A stretch of DNA of 46,724 bases from a virus (lineage: Duplodnaviria > Heunggongvirae > Uroviricota > Caudoviricetes): IMG/VR virus record IMGVR_UViG_2579778634_000020; one strand, written 5' to 3'. Under the pieces are notes generated by a model, which worked only from the letters and a program-made list of their open reading frames with translations, had not been told where the DNA came from and made no database searches. A program made the position numbers and the translations under genes. Positions 37,763 to 45,488 of this stretch are shown here, piece by piece (the stretch's first letter is position 1; the number at the start of each line of letters is the position of its first letter).

Positions 37763-37808
37763 CATTTAACTGATACCGAACAAAACAGTTCGGTACGATT
37801 AATTTCAA

Positions 37809-38231
37809 TCAATGCACTACGACAGAATCGCTAGGAGAACCGCCGCCGCTGAAATGTGCTTTACGGTAAACGGCCTGGACTGCATCATCATGCGCATCAA
37901 TTGCCGTACTCAGTGCATCCTGTGCCGCCAGTAATGCACGGCGTTCCAGGGTATCGAAGATGCAGAGTCGGTGACGCAGCTCGCGAGGAAGAATTGCCAG
38001 AACCGCAGGGATCAGTTTCTGAATTTTTTCCCTTTGCGCATTCGTTTCACCTTTCAACCAACGATGATAGATATTCTGCTGATTGTTCCAGTCCTTGCCT
38101 GGTACCAGGGGCAATTCGCCGCCCCCCTGGCGCAGATATTCTTCAGTAATTGCGTTAGCGACCCACGCCTGCCCTTTTTCGGCTGCCAGGGCTAACAACA
38201 CTGATTCGATGTGCTCATGCTTGATTTTCAT
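37809..38231 (-). CDS. ydaT: YdaT-like protein
   Basis: 140-aa ORF translationally coupled to the upstream Cro-like gene, between ydaS-like and the O-like gene as in K-12 Rac. Positional call. Confidence 0.7.
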   Translation of the reverse strand: MKIKHEHIESVLLALAAEKGQAWVANAITEEYLRQGGGELPLVPGKDWNNQQNIYHRWLKGETNAQREKIQKLIPAVLAILPRELRHRLCIFDTLERRALLAAQDALSTAIDAHDDAVQAVYRKAHFSGGGSPSDSVVVH

Positions 38232-38482
38232 GAATCAACTCCCATCAGCTTTTTCGTAGTAGTTTTATTTCTGCCAATAGTTAAAATTGCATCGGCAGAA
38301 AATAATCCGTTTGATGCATGAGCGATTTTTTCAGCGTAATTTGTTTCGCCGGTATATTCTGTGCGAGGCAATTTTCCGTTATCCATCCATTTGTAGATTG
38401 CTCTTTGGCTGACACCACAAACGTCGGCCACAACAGAAACGCGAACAGTTTTGATTACATCTTCAAGTGTTTTCTGGTTCAT
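38228..38482 (-). CDS. ydaS: Cro-like HTH regulator (YdaS-like)
   Basis: ATG at 38482 preceded by RBS GAGGG: MNQKTLEDVIKTVRVSVVADVCGVSQRAIYKWMDNGKLP…, a Cro/XRE-type HTH. Divergent from the racR-like repressor gene. Confidence 0.75.
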   Translation of the reverse strand: MNQKTLEDVIKTVRVSVVADVCGVSQRAIYKWMDNGKLPRTEYTGETNYAEKIAHASNGLFSADAILTIGRNKTTTKKLMGVDS

Positions 38483-38497
38483 ATCACCCTCACAATG

Positions 38498-38571
38498 TGA
38501 ACTTTGAGTACATGCTATAACAGAACTGACAGTACATTCAAGAGCGAATATCATTGAACTTATGGTTCATG
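38498..38571. promoter_or_regulatory. Immunity switch region (OR-like) with direct repeats containing AGTACAT
   Basis: 17-bp direct repeats TGAACTTTGAGTACATG (38498-38514) and TGAACTTATGGTTCATG (38555-38571, overlapping the racR ATG), plus AGTACAT at 38531-38537, 24 bp from the first copy. The racR ATG has no Shine-Dalgarno. Confidence 0.45.
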
Positions 38572-38981
38572 AAGATAAAGCGCGTAAAGAGTTCGCCAGT
38601 AGGCTTGCGCTAGCCTGTGAAAACGCTGGTTATGAACAACATGGAAGGCAGGCAGAAATTGCCCGTCGAATGAAATTAACACCAAAAGCGGTTAGCAAAT
38701 GGTTTAATGGTGAAACAATTCCTCGCCGAGAGAAATTAAGGGAATTAGCAACACTCATTGGAACAACACCAACCTATCTTTTGGGAGAGGATACAGAAGA
38801 AAGTGGACAGATACGTTTCTATCAGGAGTTAAATCCAAGACAAAAAATCATCATTGACCTTCTGGACGAGCTCCCTGACAGTGAGACAGATGAACTTTTA
38901 AAAACTCTTGAGGAGAAAAAACAGAAGTACAATGCAATTTACGAAGAGTTAGCACGAAAGAAAAAACAAAAAGCCTCTTAA
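38562..38981 (+). CDS. racR: Prophage repressor, RacR-like (XRE-family HTH)
   Basis: 139 aa; HTH in …QAEIARRMKLTPKAVSKWFNGETIPRREKLRELATLIG…; charged C-terminus. Divergent from the Cro-like gene, with the early-left operon downstream on the same strand. Confidence 0.8.
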   Translation: MVHEDKARKEFASRLALACENAGYEQHGRQAEIARRMKLTPKAVSKWFNGETIPRREKLRELATLIGTTPTYLLGEDTEESGQIRFYQELNPRQKIIIDLLDELPDSETDELLKTLEEKKQKYNAIYEELARKKKQKAS

Positions 38982-39056
38982 ACCAGCATAAATCCGGTAG
39001 CGTCCCCCTCCGGGTTTGTGCTTCACTTTATCCCGTCTCATTTTTTTATACATAAA

Positions 39057-39100
39057 ATGTACTTAAAGTACTTTACAATGATGAACACAAAGTACATTAT
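39057..39100 (+). promoter_or_regulatory. Candidate PL-like promoter with operator motifs
   Basis: -35 TTTACA (39072-39077), 17-bp spacer, -10 CATTAT (39095-39100). The OR motif recurs as ATGTACT (39057-39063), palindrome AAGTACTT (39066-39073) and AGTACAT (39091-39097, overlapping the -10). Confidence 0.4.
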
Positions 39101-39268
39101 ATACCTACCAACCCACCCCGCCCCACAGAACGCCGGGCAATACTTCGAGTTACCAGGCAGTGGTCAGGGGTTAAGTAGCCAGCCCGAGGCGTATGAACAT
39201 GACGGCGGGATTCAAATTTTGCAGTGCAGCAGTTAGTTCCGCCACCCGGCGTTAAGGGGATAGATAAG

Positions 39269-39403
39269 ATGGTGCATTACGAAGTAGTTCAGTATTTGAT
39301 GGATTGTTGCGGTATCACTTACAACCAGGCTGTGCAGGCTTTACGCAGCAACGACTGGGATCTCTGGCAGGCAGAAGTCGCTATACGTAGCAACAAGATG
39401 TGA
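39269..39403 (+). CDS. ydaG: Small protein YdaG-like (44 aa)
   Basis: ATG at 39269 with RBS AAGGGGA: MVHYEVVQYLMDCCGITYNQAVQALRSNDWDLWQAEVAIRSNKM. Not in the track (<60 aa). Size and position match ydaG of K-12 Rac. Confidence 0.6.
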   Translation: MVHYEVVQYLMDCCGITYNQAVQALRSNDWDLWQAEVAIRSNKM

Positions 39404-39413
39404 GATTCGCAAA

Positions 39414-39569
39414 ATGCAAAAAATCGACCTCGGCAACAACGAATCCCTGGTGTGCGGCGTGTTCCCCAACCAGGATGGAACGTTCACTGCCATGACGTAT
39501 ACCAAAAGCAAAACATTTAAAACCGAAACTGGTGCGCGCCGATGGTTGGAGAAGCACACAGTAAGCTAA
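39414..39569 (+). CDS. ydaF: Small protein YdaF-like (51 aa)
   Basis: ATG at 39414: MQKIDLGNNESLVCGVFPNQDGTFTAMTYTKSKTFKTETGARRWLEKHTVS. Its 3' end overlaps the 3' end of the convergent sieB-like gene. Confidence 0.6.
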   Translation: MQKIDLGNNESLVCGVFPNQDGTFTAMTYTKSKTFKTETGARRWLEKHTVS

Positions 39570-40054
39570 CGATTAAAACGTCTACTCCTGCTGTTCCAGA
39601 ATAACTTCATAAAATGGGAGTATTTTTCGGTGACGAGATAATAAGAACAGTTTGCGCTATCACTCTGATGTTGAATGATGCCCTTCCGTTCTAATTTTTT
39701 CATAACCGGGTTACGGCAAGGAGAAGTGATAATAAGATTTCCTGTTTTAAGGAAATCTTTAAATACAGCGATTTCTTTCTCAGATAAACGAAGCAATACT
39801 CGTTGCTCTGGTAGTAATGAATAATGCTTTTGAATATGTGCTCGCAATCTTGAGAAGGAAATGGCGACCACGAAAGAAAAGGCAAAAACGATAATCTGAA
39901 AGAGCCAAGGTATTTCAGTATAAGCATTGAATGCGACAGTAAACTCTTTCGGTATCAGCCAGAGAGTGAGACCAAAAATGATAATCGTATACATAAGTCT
40001 TTCGAGTGGCTCGTTAGCAAAAAGTTTCAACAATGGAGTAAATACATCCAACAT
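39566..40054 (-). CDS. sieB: Superinfection exclusion protein B-like membrane protein
   Basis: About 162 aa from the ATG at 40054 (MLDVFTPLLKLFANEPLERLMYTIIIFGLTLWLIPKEF…), with two hydrophobic segments. Opposite orientation to the early-left genes, between racR and kilR. Confidence 0.7.
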   Translation of the reverse strand: MLDVFTPLLKLFANEPLERLMYTIIIFGLTLWLIPKEFTVAFNAYTEIPWLFQIIVFAFSFVVAISFSRLRAHIQKHYSLLPEQRVLLRLSEKEIAVFKDFLKTGNLIITSPCRNPVMKKLERKGIIQHQSDSANCSYYLVTEKYSHFMKLFWNSRSRRFNR

Positions 40055-40495
40055 ATCAATAACTCTCAACTGTAAGGGTATTGAAATGTTAACACAAGCT
40101 CTCGCTGTAGGGGTATAGCCGAGACCACCGAAGCCCGGAGGTGGTGAAATAAAACCGGGCACAACACGAAGGCGCATTTCCGATATCCATAAAGAGTCGG
40201 TCTTGTCTGTTAAATTTAAATGGTGGGAGTGCGCCTCCGGTTGTAAATAACGACATTGCTGTGTGTAGTCCTGGCGGCATCAGTTTTTTTCTTGAAGTTC
40301 GGCTGATGTCCGCCCTTTTTAAAGTGAATTTTGTGATGCGGTGAATGCGGCTAAGCGCACGTGGCACAGTTAAAAGTCATGTTAGTCCTTATTGGTTTGG
40401 GTGGGAAAGCCGACTGTAATTGTTAACTGGTTGCAGTCACCTGGAGGCACCAGGCACCGCATCAACAAAGTTCATTTGTAAAAATGGAGATAATT

Positions 40496-40717
40496 ATGAT
40501 TGCACATCACTTCGGAACTGATGAAATACCACGTCAGTGTGTGACTCCTGGCGATTATGTTCTTCATGAAGGCCGGACATATATTGCCTCGGCAAACAAT
40601 ATTAAAAAGCGAAAACTATATATTCGTAACCTGACCACAAAAACATGCATTACTGACCGCATGATTAAAGTCTTCCTCGGTCGTGATGGTTTACCTGTAA
40701 AGGCGGAGTCATGGTGA
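40496..40717 (+). CDS. kilR: KilR, FtsZ-targeting cell division inhibitor
   Basis: ATG at 40496 with RBS GGAG: [73 protein letters not shown], matching Rac KilR (73 aa) as I recall it. Confidence 0.85.
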   Translation: MIAHHFGTDEIPRQCVTPGDYVLHEGRTYIASANNIKKRKLYIRNLTTKTCITDRMIKVFLGRDGLPVKAESW

Positions 40718-40887
40718 TGACTAAGAAAATAAAATGTGCTTACCACCTTTGCAAAAAAGACGTTGAAGAAAGCAAAGCTATTGAAAGAATGCTTCACTTC
40801 ATGCACGGGATTTTATCAAAAGACGAACCGAGAAAATATTGCAGTGAAGCTTGTGCCGAAAAAGACCAGATGGCACATGAACTTTAA
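40717..40887 (+). CDS. ydaE: YdaE-like small Cys-rich protein
   Basis: ATG overlaps the kilR stop (TGATG): [56 protein letters not shown] (56 aa), with a possible Cys/His metal site. Not in the track. Confidence 0.65.
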   Translation: MTKKIKCAYHLCKKDVEESKAIERMLHFMHGILSKDEPRKYCSEACAEKDQMAHEL

Positions 40888-40961
40888 TTAATTGACTATT
40901 CGAAACTGAATTTATGCCAGAAATGGCAGGTATTCGCTCAACCTTAATTAAGGAGAAAAAC

Positions 40962-41237
40962 ATGATTACCAATTATGAAGCCACTGTTGTAACTACCGAT
41001 GACATTGTTCACGAGGTGAATCTGGAAGGAAAGCGCATTGGCTACGTAATTAAAACAGAAAATAAAGAAACCCCATTCACTGTGGTTGATATCGATGGTC
41101 CATCAGGCAACGTAAAAACACTTGATGAAGGTGTCAAAAAAATGTGCCTGGTGCATATCGGAAAGAATCTGCCCACAGAAAAAAAAGCCGAATTTCTGGC
41201 AACTCTAATTGCAATGAAATTAAAAGGTGAAATCTGA
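40962..41237 (+). CDS. racC: RacC
   Basis: ATG at 40962 with RBS AGGAG: MITNYEATVVTTDDIVHEVNLEGKRIGYVIKTENKETPFTVVDIDGPSGNVKTLDEGVKKMCLVHIGKNLPTEKKAEFLATLIAMKLKGEI (91 aa), matching Rac RacC from memory. Confidence 0.8.
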   Translation: MITNYEATVVTTDDIVHEVNLEGKRIGYVIKTENKETPFTVVDIDGPSGNVKTLDEGVKKMCLVHIGKNLPTEKKAEFLATLIAMKLKGEI

Positions 41238-41242
41238 AAGAA

Positions 41243-41267
41243 ATAGCCTGCGTATGGCGCAGGCTAT
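41243..41267. other. Perfect 10-bp stem-loop between racC and recE
   Basis: ATAGCCTGCG (41243-41252), 5-nt loop, CGCAGGCTAT (41258-41267), starting 6 nt after the racC stop. No downstream U-tract. Confidence 0.4.
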
Positions 41268-41338
41268 GAACAGTGTGTATCCGGCAAGATCATTCACTGA
41301 ACAAAACGAATTTTAATCTGAGTTGAGGTTAAAAAACA

Positions 41339-43939
41339 ATGAGCACAAAACCACTCTTCCTGTTACGGAAAGCGAAAAAATCATCCGGTGAACCTGACGT
41401 CGTCCTGTGGGCAAGCAACGATTTTGAATCGACCTGTGCCACTCTGGACTACCTGATCGTTAAGTCAGGTAAAAAACTGAGCAGCTATTTTAAAGCTGTT
41501 GCCACGAATTTTCCTGTCGTTAATGACCTGCCCGCTGAAGGTGAGATCGATTTTACCTGGAGTGAACGCTATCAACTCAGCAAAGACTCCATGACATGGG
41601 AACTAAAACCGGGAGCAGCACCAGACAACGCTCACTATCAAGGCAATACCAACGTCAACGGCGAAGACATGACTGAGATTGAGGAGAATATGCTACTCCC
41701 AATTTCTGGCCAGGAACTGCCCATTCGTTGGCTTGCTCAACACGGCAGCGAAAAACCGGTAACGCACGTTTCACGCGACGGACTCCAGGCATTACACATT
41801 GCTCGGGCTGAAGAACTACCGGCTGTTACTGCCCTGGCTGTTTCCCACAAAACCAGCCTGCTCGACCCGCTGGAAATTCGCGAACTCCACAAACTGGTTC
41901 GTGACACTGACAAAGTTTTCCCTAATCCTGGTAATTCAAACCTGGGACTGATAACTGCTTTTTTCGAAGCATACCTGAACGCTGACTACACCGATCGAGG
42001 ACTGCTGACAAAAGAGTGGATGAAGGGTAATCGTGTTTCACACATCACTCGCACGGCTTCCGGTGCTAATGCTGGCGGCGGAAACCTCACCGATCGCGGC
42101 GAAGGTTTCGTACACGATCTGACGTCACTGGCGCGCGACGTAGCCACTGGCGTACTGGCCCGTTCAATGGATCTGGACATCTATAACCTTCATCCGGCAC
42201 ACGCTAAACGCATTGAGGAAATTATCGCTGAAAATAAACCGCCCTTTTCTGTTTTCCGCGACAAATTCATCACCATGCCTGGCGGGCTGGATTATTCCCG
42301 CGCCATCGTGGTTGCGTCCGTAAAAGAAGCACCAATTGGGATCGAGGTCATCCCCGCGCACGTCACTGAATATCTGAACAAAGTACTGACTGAAACCGAT
42401 CATGCCAACCCTGATCCGGAAATCGTGGATATTGCCTGCGGTCGCTCCTCTGCCCCGATGCCGCAGCGAGTAACAGAAGAAGGAAAACAGGATGATGAAG
42501 AAAAACCGCAACCATCTGGAACAACGGCAGTTGAACAGGGAGAGGCTGAAACAATGGAACCGGACGCAACTGAACATCATCAGGACACGCAGCCGCTGGA
42601 TGCTCAGTCACAGGTAAATTCTGTTGATGCGAAATATCAGGAACTGCGGGCAGAACTCCATGAAGCCCGGAAAAACATTCCATCAAAAAATCCTGTCGAT
42701 GCCGATAAATTGCTTGCTGCATCACGTGGTGAATTTGTTGACGGAATTAGCGACCCGAACGATCCGAAATGGGTAAAGGGGATCCAGACTCGCGATTGTG
42801 TGTACCAGAACCAGCCAGAAACGGAAAAAACCAGCCCGGATATGAATCAACCTGAGCCAGTAGTGCAACAGGAACCGGAAATAGCCTGCAATGCCTGCGG
42901 CCAGACTGGCGGGGATAACTGCCCTGACTGTGGTGCGGTGATGGGCGACGCAACATACCAGGAAACATTCGATGAAGAGAGTCAGGTTGAAGCTAAGGAA
43001 AATGATCCGGAGGAAATGGAAGGCGCTGAACATCCGCACAATGAGAATGCTGGCAGCGATCCGCATCGCGATTGCAGTGATGAAACTGGCGAAGTCGCAG
43101 ATCCCGTAATCGTAGAAGACATAGAGCCAGGTATTTATTACGGAATTTCGAATGAGAATTACCACGCGGGTCCCGGTGTCAGTAAGTCTCAGCTCGATGA
43201 CATTGCTGATACTCCGGCACTGTATTTGTGGCGTAAAAATGCCCCCGTGGACACCACAAAGACAAAAACGCTCGATTTAGGAACCGCTTTCCACTGCCGG
43301 GTACTTGAGCCGGAAGAATTCAGTAACCGCTTTATCGTAGCACCTGAATTTAACCGCCGGACAAACTCCGGAAAAGAAGAAGAGAAAGCGTTTCTGAGGG
43401 AATGCGCAAGCACAGGAAAAACGGTTATCACTGCCGAAGAAGGCCGGAAAATTGAACTCATGTATCAGAGCGTTATGGCTTTGCCGCTGGGGCAATGGCT
43501 TGTTAAAAGCGCCGGACACGCTGAATCATCAATTTACTGGGAAGATCCTGAAACAGCAATTTTGTGTCGGTGCCGTCCGGACAAAATTATCCCTGAATTT
43601 CACTGGATCATGGACGTGAAAACTACGGCGGATATTCAACGATTCAAAACCGCTTATTACGACTACCGCTATCACGTTCAGGATGCATTCTACAGTGACG
43701 GTTATGAAGCACAGTTTGGAGTGCAGCCAACTTTCGTTTTTCTGGTTGCCAGCACAACTATTGAATGCGGACGTTATCCGGTTGAAATTTTCATGATGGG
43801 CGAAGAAGCAAAACTGGCAGGTCAGCTGGAATATCACCGCAATCTGCGAACCCTGGCTGACTGCCTCAATACCGATGAATGGCCAGCTATTAAGACGTTA
43901 TCAGTGCCCCGCTGGGCTAAGGAATATGCAAATGACTAA
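41339..43939 (+). CDS. recE: Exodeoxyribonuclease VIII (RecE)
   Basis: 866 aa; long acidic/disordered middle region and a C-terminal nuclease domain; stop overlaps the recT start. Matches the size of Rac RecE. Confidence 0.95.
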   Translation: MSTKPLFLLRKAKKSSGEPDVVLWASNDFESTCATLDYLIVKSGKKLSSYFKAVATNFPVVNDLPAEGEIDFTWSERYQLSKDSMTWELKPGAAPDNAHYQGNTNVNGEDMTEIEENMLLPISGQELPIRWLAQHGSEKPVTHVSRDGLQALHIARAEELPAVTALAVSHKTSLLDPLEIRELHKLVRDTDKVFPNPGNSNLGLITAFFEAYLNADYTDRGLLTKEWMKGNRVSHITRTASGANAGGGNLTDRGEGFVHDLTSLARDVATGVLARSMDLDIYNLHPAHAKRIEEIIAENKPPFSVFRDKFITMPGGLDYSRAIVVASVKEAPIGIEVIPAHVTEYLNKVLTETDHANPDPEIVDIACGRSSAPMPQRVTEEGKQDDEEKPQPSGTTAVEQGEAETMEPDATEHHQDTQPLDAQSQVNSVDAKYQELRAELHEARKNIPSKNPVDADKLLAASRGEFVDGISDPNDPKWVKGIQTRDCVYQNQPETEKTSPDMNQPEPVVQQEPEIACNACGQTGGDNCPDCGAVMGDATYQETFDEESQVEAKENDPEEMEGAEHPHNENAGSDPHRDCSDETGEVADPVIVEDIEPGIYYGISNENYHAGPGVSKSQLDDIADTPALYLWRKNAPVDTTKTKTLDLGTAFHCRVLEPEEFSNRFIVAPEFNRRTNSGKEEEKAFLRECASTGKTVITAEEGRKIELMYQSVMALPLGQWLVKSAGHAESSIYWEDPETAILCRCRPDKIIPEFHWIMDVKTTADIQRFKTAYYDYRYHVQDAFYSDGYEAQFGVQPTFVFLVASTTIECGRYPVEIFMMGEEAKLAGQLEYHRNLRTLADCLNTDEWPAIKTLSVPRWAKEYAND

Positions 43940-44741
43940 GCAACCACCAATCGCAAAAGCCGATCTGCAAAAAACTCAGGGAAACCGTGCACCAGCAGCA
44001 ATTAAAAATAACGACGTGATTAGTTTTATTAACCAGCCATCAATGAAAGAGCAACTGGCAGCAGCTCTTCCACGCCATATGACGGCTGAACGTATGATCC
44101 GTATCGCCACCACAGAAATTCGTAAAGTTCCGGCGTTAGGAAACTGTGACACTATGAGTTTTGTCAGTGCAATCGTACAGTGTTCACAGCTCGGACTTGA
44201 GCCCGGTAGCGCCCTCGGTCATGCATATTTACTGCCTTTTGGTAATAAAAACGAAAAGAGCGGTAAAAAAAACGTTCAGCTAATCATTGGCTATCGCGGC
44301 ATGATTGATCTGGCTCGCCGTTCAGGTCAAATCGCCAGCTTGTCAGCCCGTGTTGTCCGTGAAGGTGACGAGTTTAATTTCGAATTTGGCCTTGATGAAA
44401 AGTTAATACACCGCCCAGGAGAAAACGAAGATGCCCCTGTTACCCACGTCTATGCTGTCGCAAGACTGAAAGACGGAGGTACTCAGTTTGAAGTTATGAC
44501 GCGCAAACAGATTGAGCTGGTGCGCAGCCAGAGTAAAGCTGGTAATAACGGGCCGTGGGTAACTCACTGGGAAGAAATGGCAAAGAAAACGGCTATTCGT
44601 CGCCTGTTCAAATATCTGCCCGTATCAATTGAGATCCAGCGTGCAGTATCAATGGATGAAAAGGAACCACTGACAATCGATCCTGCAGATTCCTCTGTAT
44701 TAACCGGGGAATACAGTGTAATCGATAATTCAGAGGAATAA
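43932..44741 (+). CDS. recT: RecT single-strand annealing protein
   Basis: 269 aa from the ATG at 43932 ([65 protein letters not shown]…); start overlaps the recE stop. Confidence 0.95.
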   Translation: MTKQPPIAKADLQKTQGNRAPAAIKNNDVISFINQPSMKEQLAAALPRHMTAERMIRIATTEIRKVPALGNCDTMSFVSAIVQCSQLGLEPGSALGHAYLLPFGNKNEKSGKKNVQLIIGYRGMIDLARRSGQIASLSARVVREGDEFNFEFGLDEKLIHRPGENEDAPVTHVYAVARLKDGGTQFEVMTRKQIELVRSQSKAGNNGPWVTHWEEMAKKTAIRRLFKYLPVSIEIQRAVSMDEKEPLTIDPADSSVLTGEYSVIDNSEE

Positions 44742-44749
44742 TTCAGCCT

Positions 44750-44768
44750 GGCGGTGTAATGCACCGCC
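44750..44768 (+). terminator. Weak hairpin after recT (possible attenuator)
   Basis: GGCGGTG-TAATG-CACCGCC, then AACTTGAAATATTTTT; the T-run is displaced by about 10 nt. Confidence 0.3.
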
Positions 44769-44796
44769 AACTTGAAATATTTTTATGAGAAAAATT

Positions 44797-44991
44797 ATGA
44801 GATATGACAATGTTAAACCATGTCCATTTTGTGGTTGTCCATCAGTAACGGTGAAAGACATTTCAGGATATTACCGGGCAAAATGCAACGGATGCGAATC
44901 CCGAACTGGCTATGGTGGAAGTGAAAAAGAAGCGCTCGAAAGATGGAATAAACGAACCACTGAAAATATTAATGGAGGCGTTCATGTATAA
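44797..44991 (+). CDS. ralR: RalR (Lar) restriction-alleviation protein / type I TA toxin
   Basis: MRYDNVKPCPFCGCPSVTVKDISGYYRAKCNGCESRTGYGGSEKEALERWNKRTTENINGGVHV, near-identical to Rac RalR as I recall it. An alternative in-frame ATG lies at 44785 (MRKIM…). Confidence 0.85.
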   Translation: MRYDNVKPCPFCGCPSVTVKDISGYYRAKCNGCESRTGYGGSEKEALERWNKRTTENINGGVHV

Positions 44992-45172
44992 AATTACCGC
45001 TACAATTGAAAAGGAAGGTGGCACTCCTACTAACTGGACAAGATATTCAAAATCTAAACTAACGAAATCAGAATGCGAAAAAATGCTCTCAGGTAAAAAA
45101 GAAGCAGGCGTTTCCAGAGAGCAGAAAGTAAAACTGATAAATTTTAATTGCGAGAAACTTCAGTCCTCGTGA
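44984..45172 (+). CDS. ydaC: YdaC-like small protein
   Basis: ATG at 44984 preceded by GGAGG, overlapping the ralR stop: MYKITATIEKEGGTPTNWTRYSKSKLTKSECEKMLSGKKEAGVSREQKVKLINFNCEKLQSS. Symbol by synteny. Confidence 0.6.
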   Translation: MYKITATIEKEGGTPTNWTRYSKSKLTKSECEKMLSGKKEAGVSREQKVKLINFNCEKLQSS

Positions 45173-45204
45173 ATTGCATTGTATTCAAATTAAAACTTCA
45201 TAGC

Positions 45205-45218
45205 TGATTATTAATAAT
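45205..45218. other. Perfect 14-bp AT-rich palindrome GATTATTAATAATC upstream of xis
   Basis: Self-complementary over all 14 bp, in the AT-rich spacer between ydaC and xis. Confidence 0.4.
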
Positions 45219-45271
45219 CAACATCAGGCGTCAATTTCAGTCTAACATTGGCGCCTGCCAGAGGTGATGCG

Positions 45272-45487
45272 ATGGCACAAGTAATCTTTAATGAAGAGTG
45301 GATGGTTGAATACGGCCTGATGCTTCGCACTGGTCTGGGGGCCAGACAAATTGAAGCATACCGCCAGAACTGTTGGGTGGAGGGCTTCCACTTCAAACGA
45401 GTATCTCCTTTAGGTAAGCCAGACAGCAAACGAGGGATTATCTGGTACAACTATCCAAAGATAAATCAGTTTATCAAAGACTCATGA
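45272..45487 (+). CDS. xis: Excisionase / recombination directionality factor
   Basis: 71 aa from the ATG at 45272 with RBS GAGGTG: [71 protein letters not shown]. Immediately upstream of int, stop 1 nt before the int ATG. Confidence 0.8.
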   Translation: MAQVIFNEEWMVEYGLMLRTGLGARQIEAYRQNCWVEGFHFKRVSPLGKPDSKRGIIWYNYPKINQFIKDS

Positions 45488-45488
45488 T

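Noticed and set aside
39018-39559. Plus ORF 39018-39236 and minus ORF 39341-39559
   Set aside because: The first covers the putative PL promoter/operator and has no RBS; the second is antisense to the ydaG and ydaF small genes, which have good RBSs and match the K-12 Rac gene sizes.
41986-43837. Multiple minus-strand ORFs (64-147 aa) inside recE
   Set aside because: Antisense to a well-supported 866-aa gene; Cys/Phe/Arg-rich nonsense-like translations.
45211-45450. 79-aa minus-strand ORF
   Set aside because: Antisense to the excisionase gene, which has an RBS and the expected position before int.
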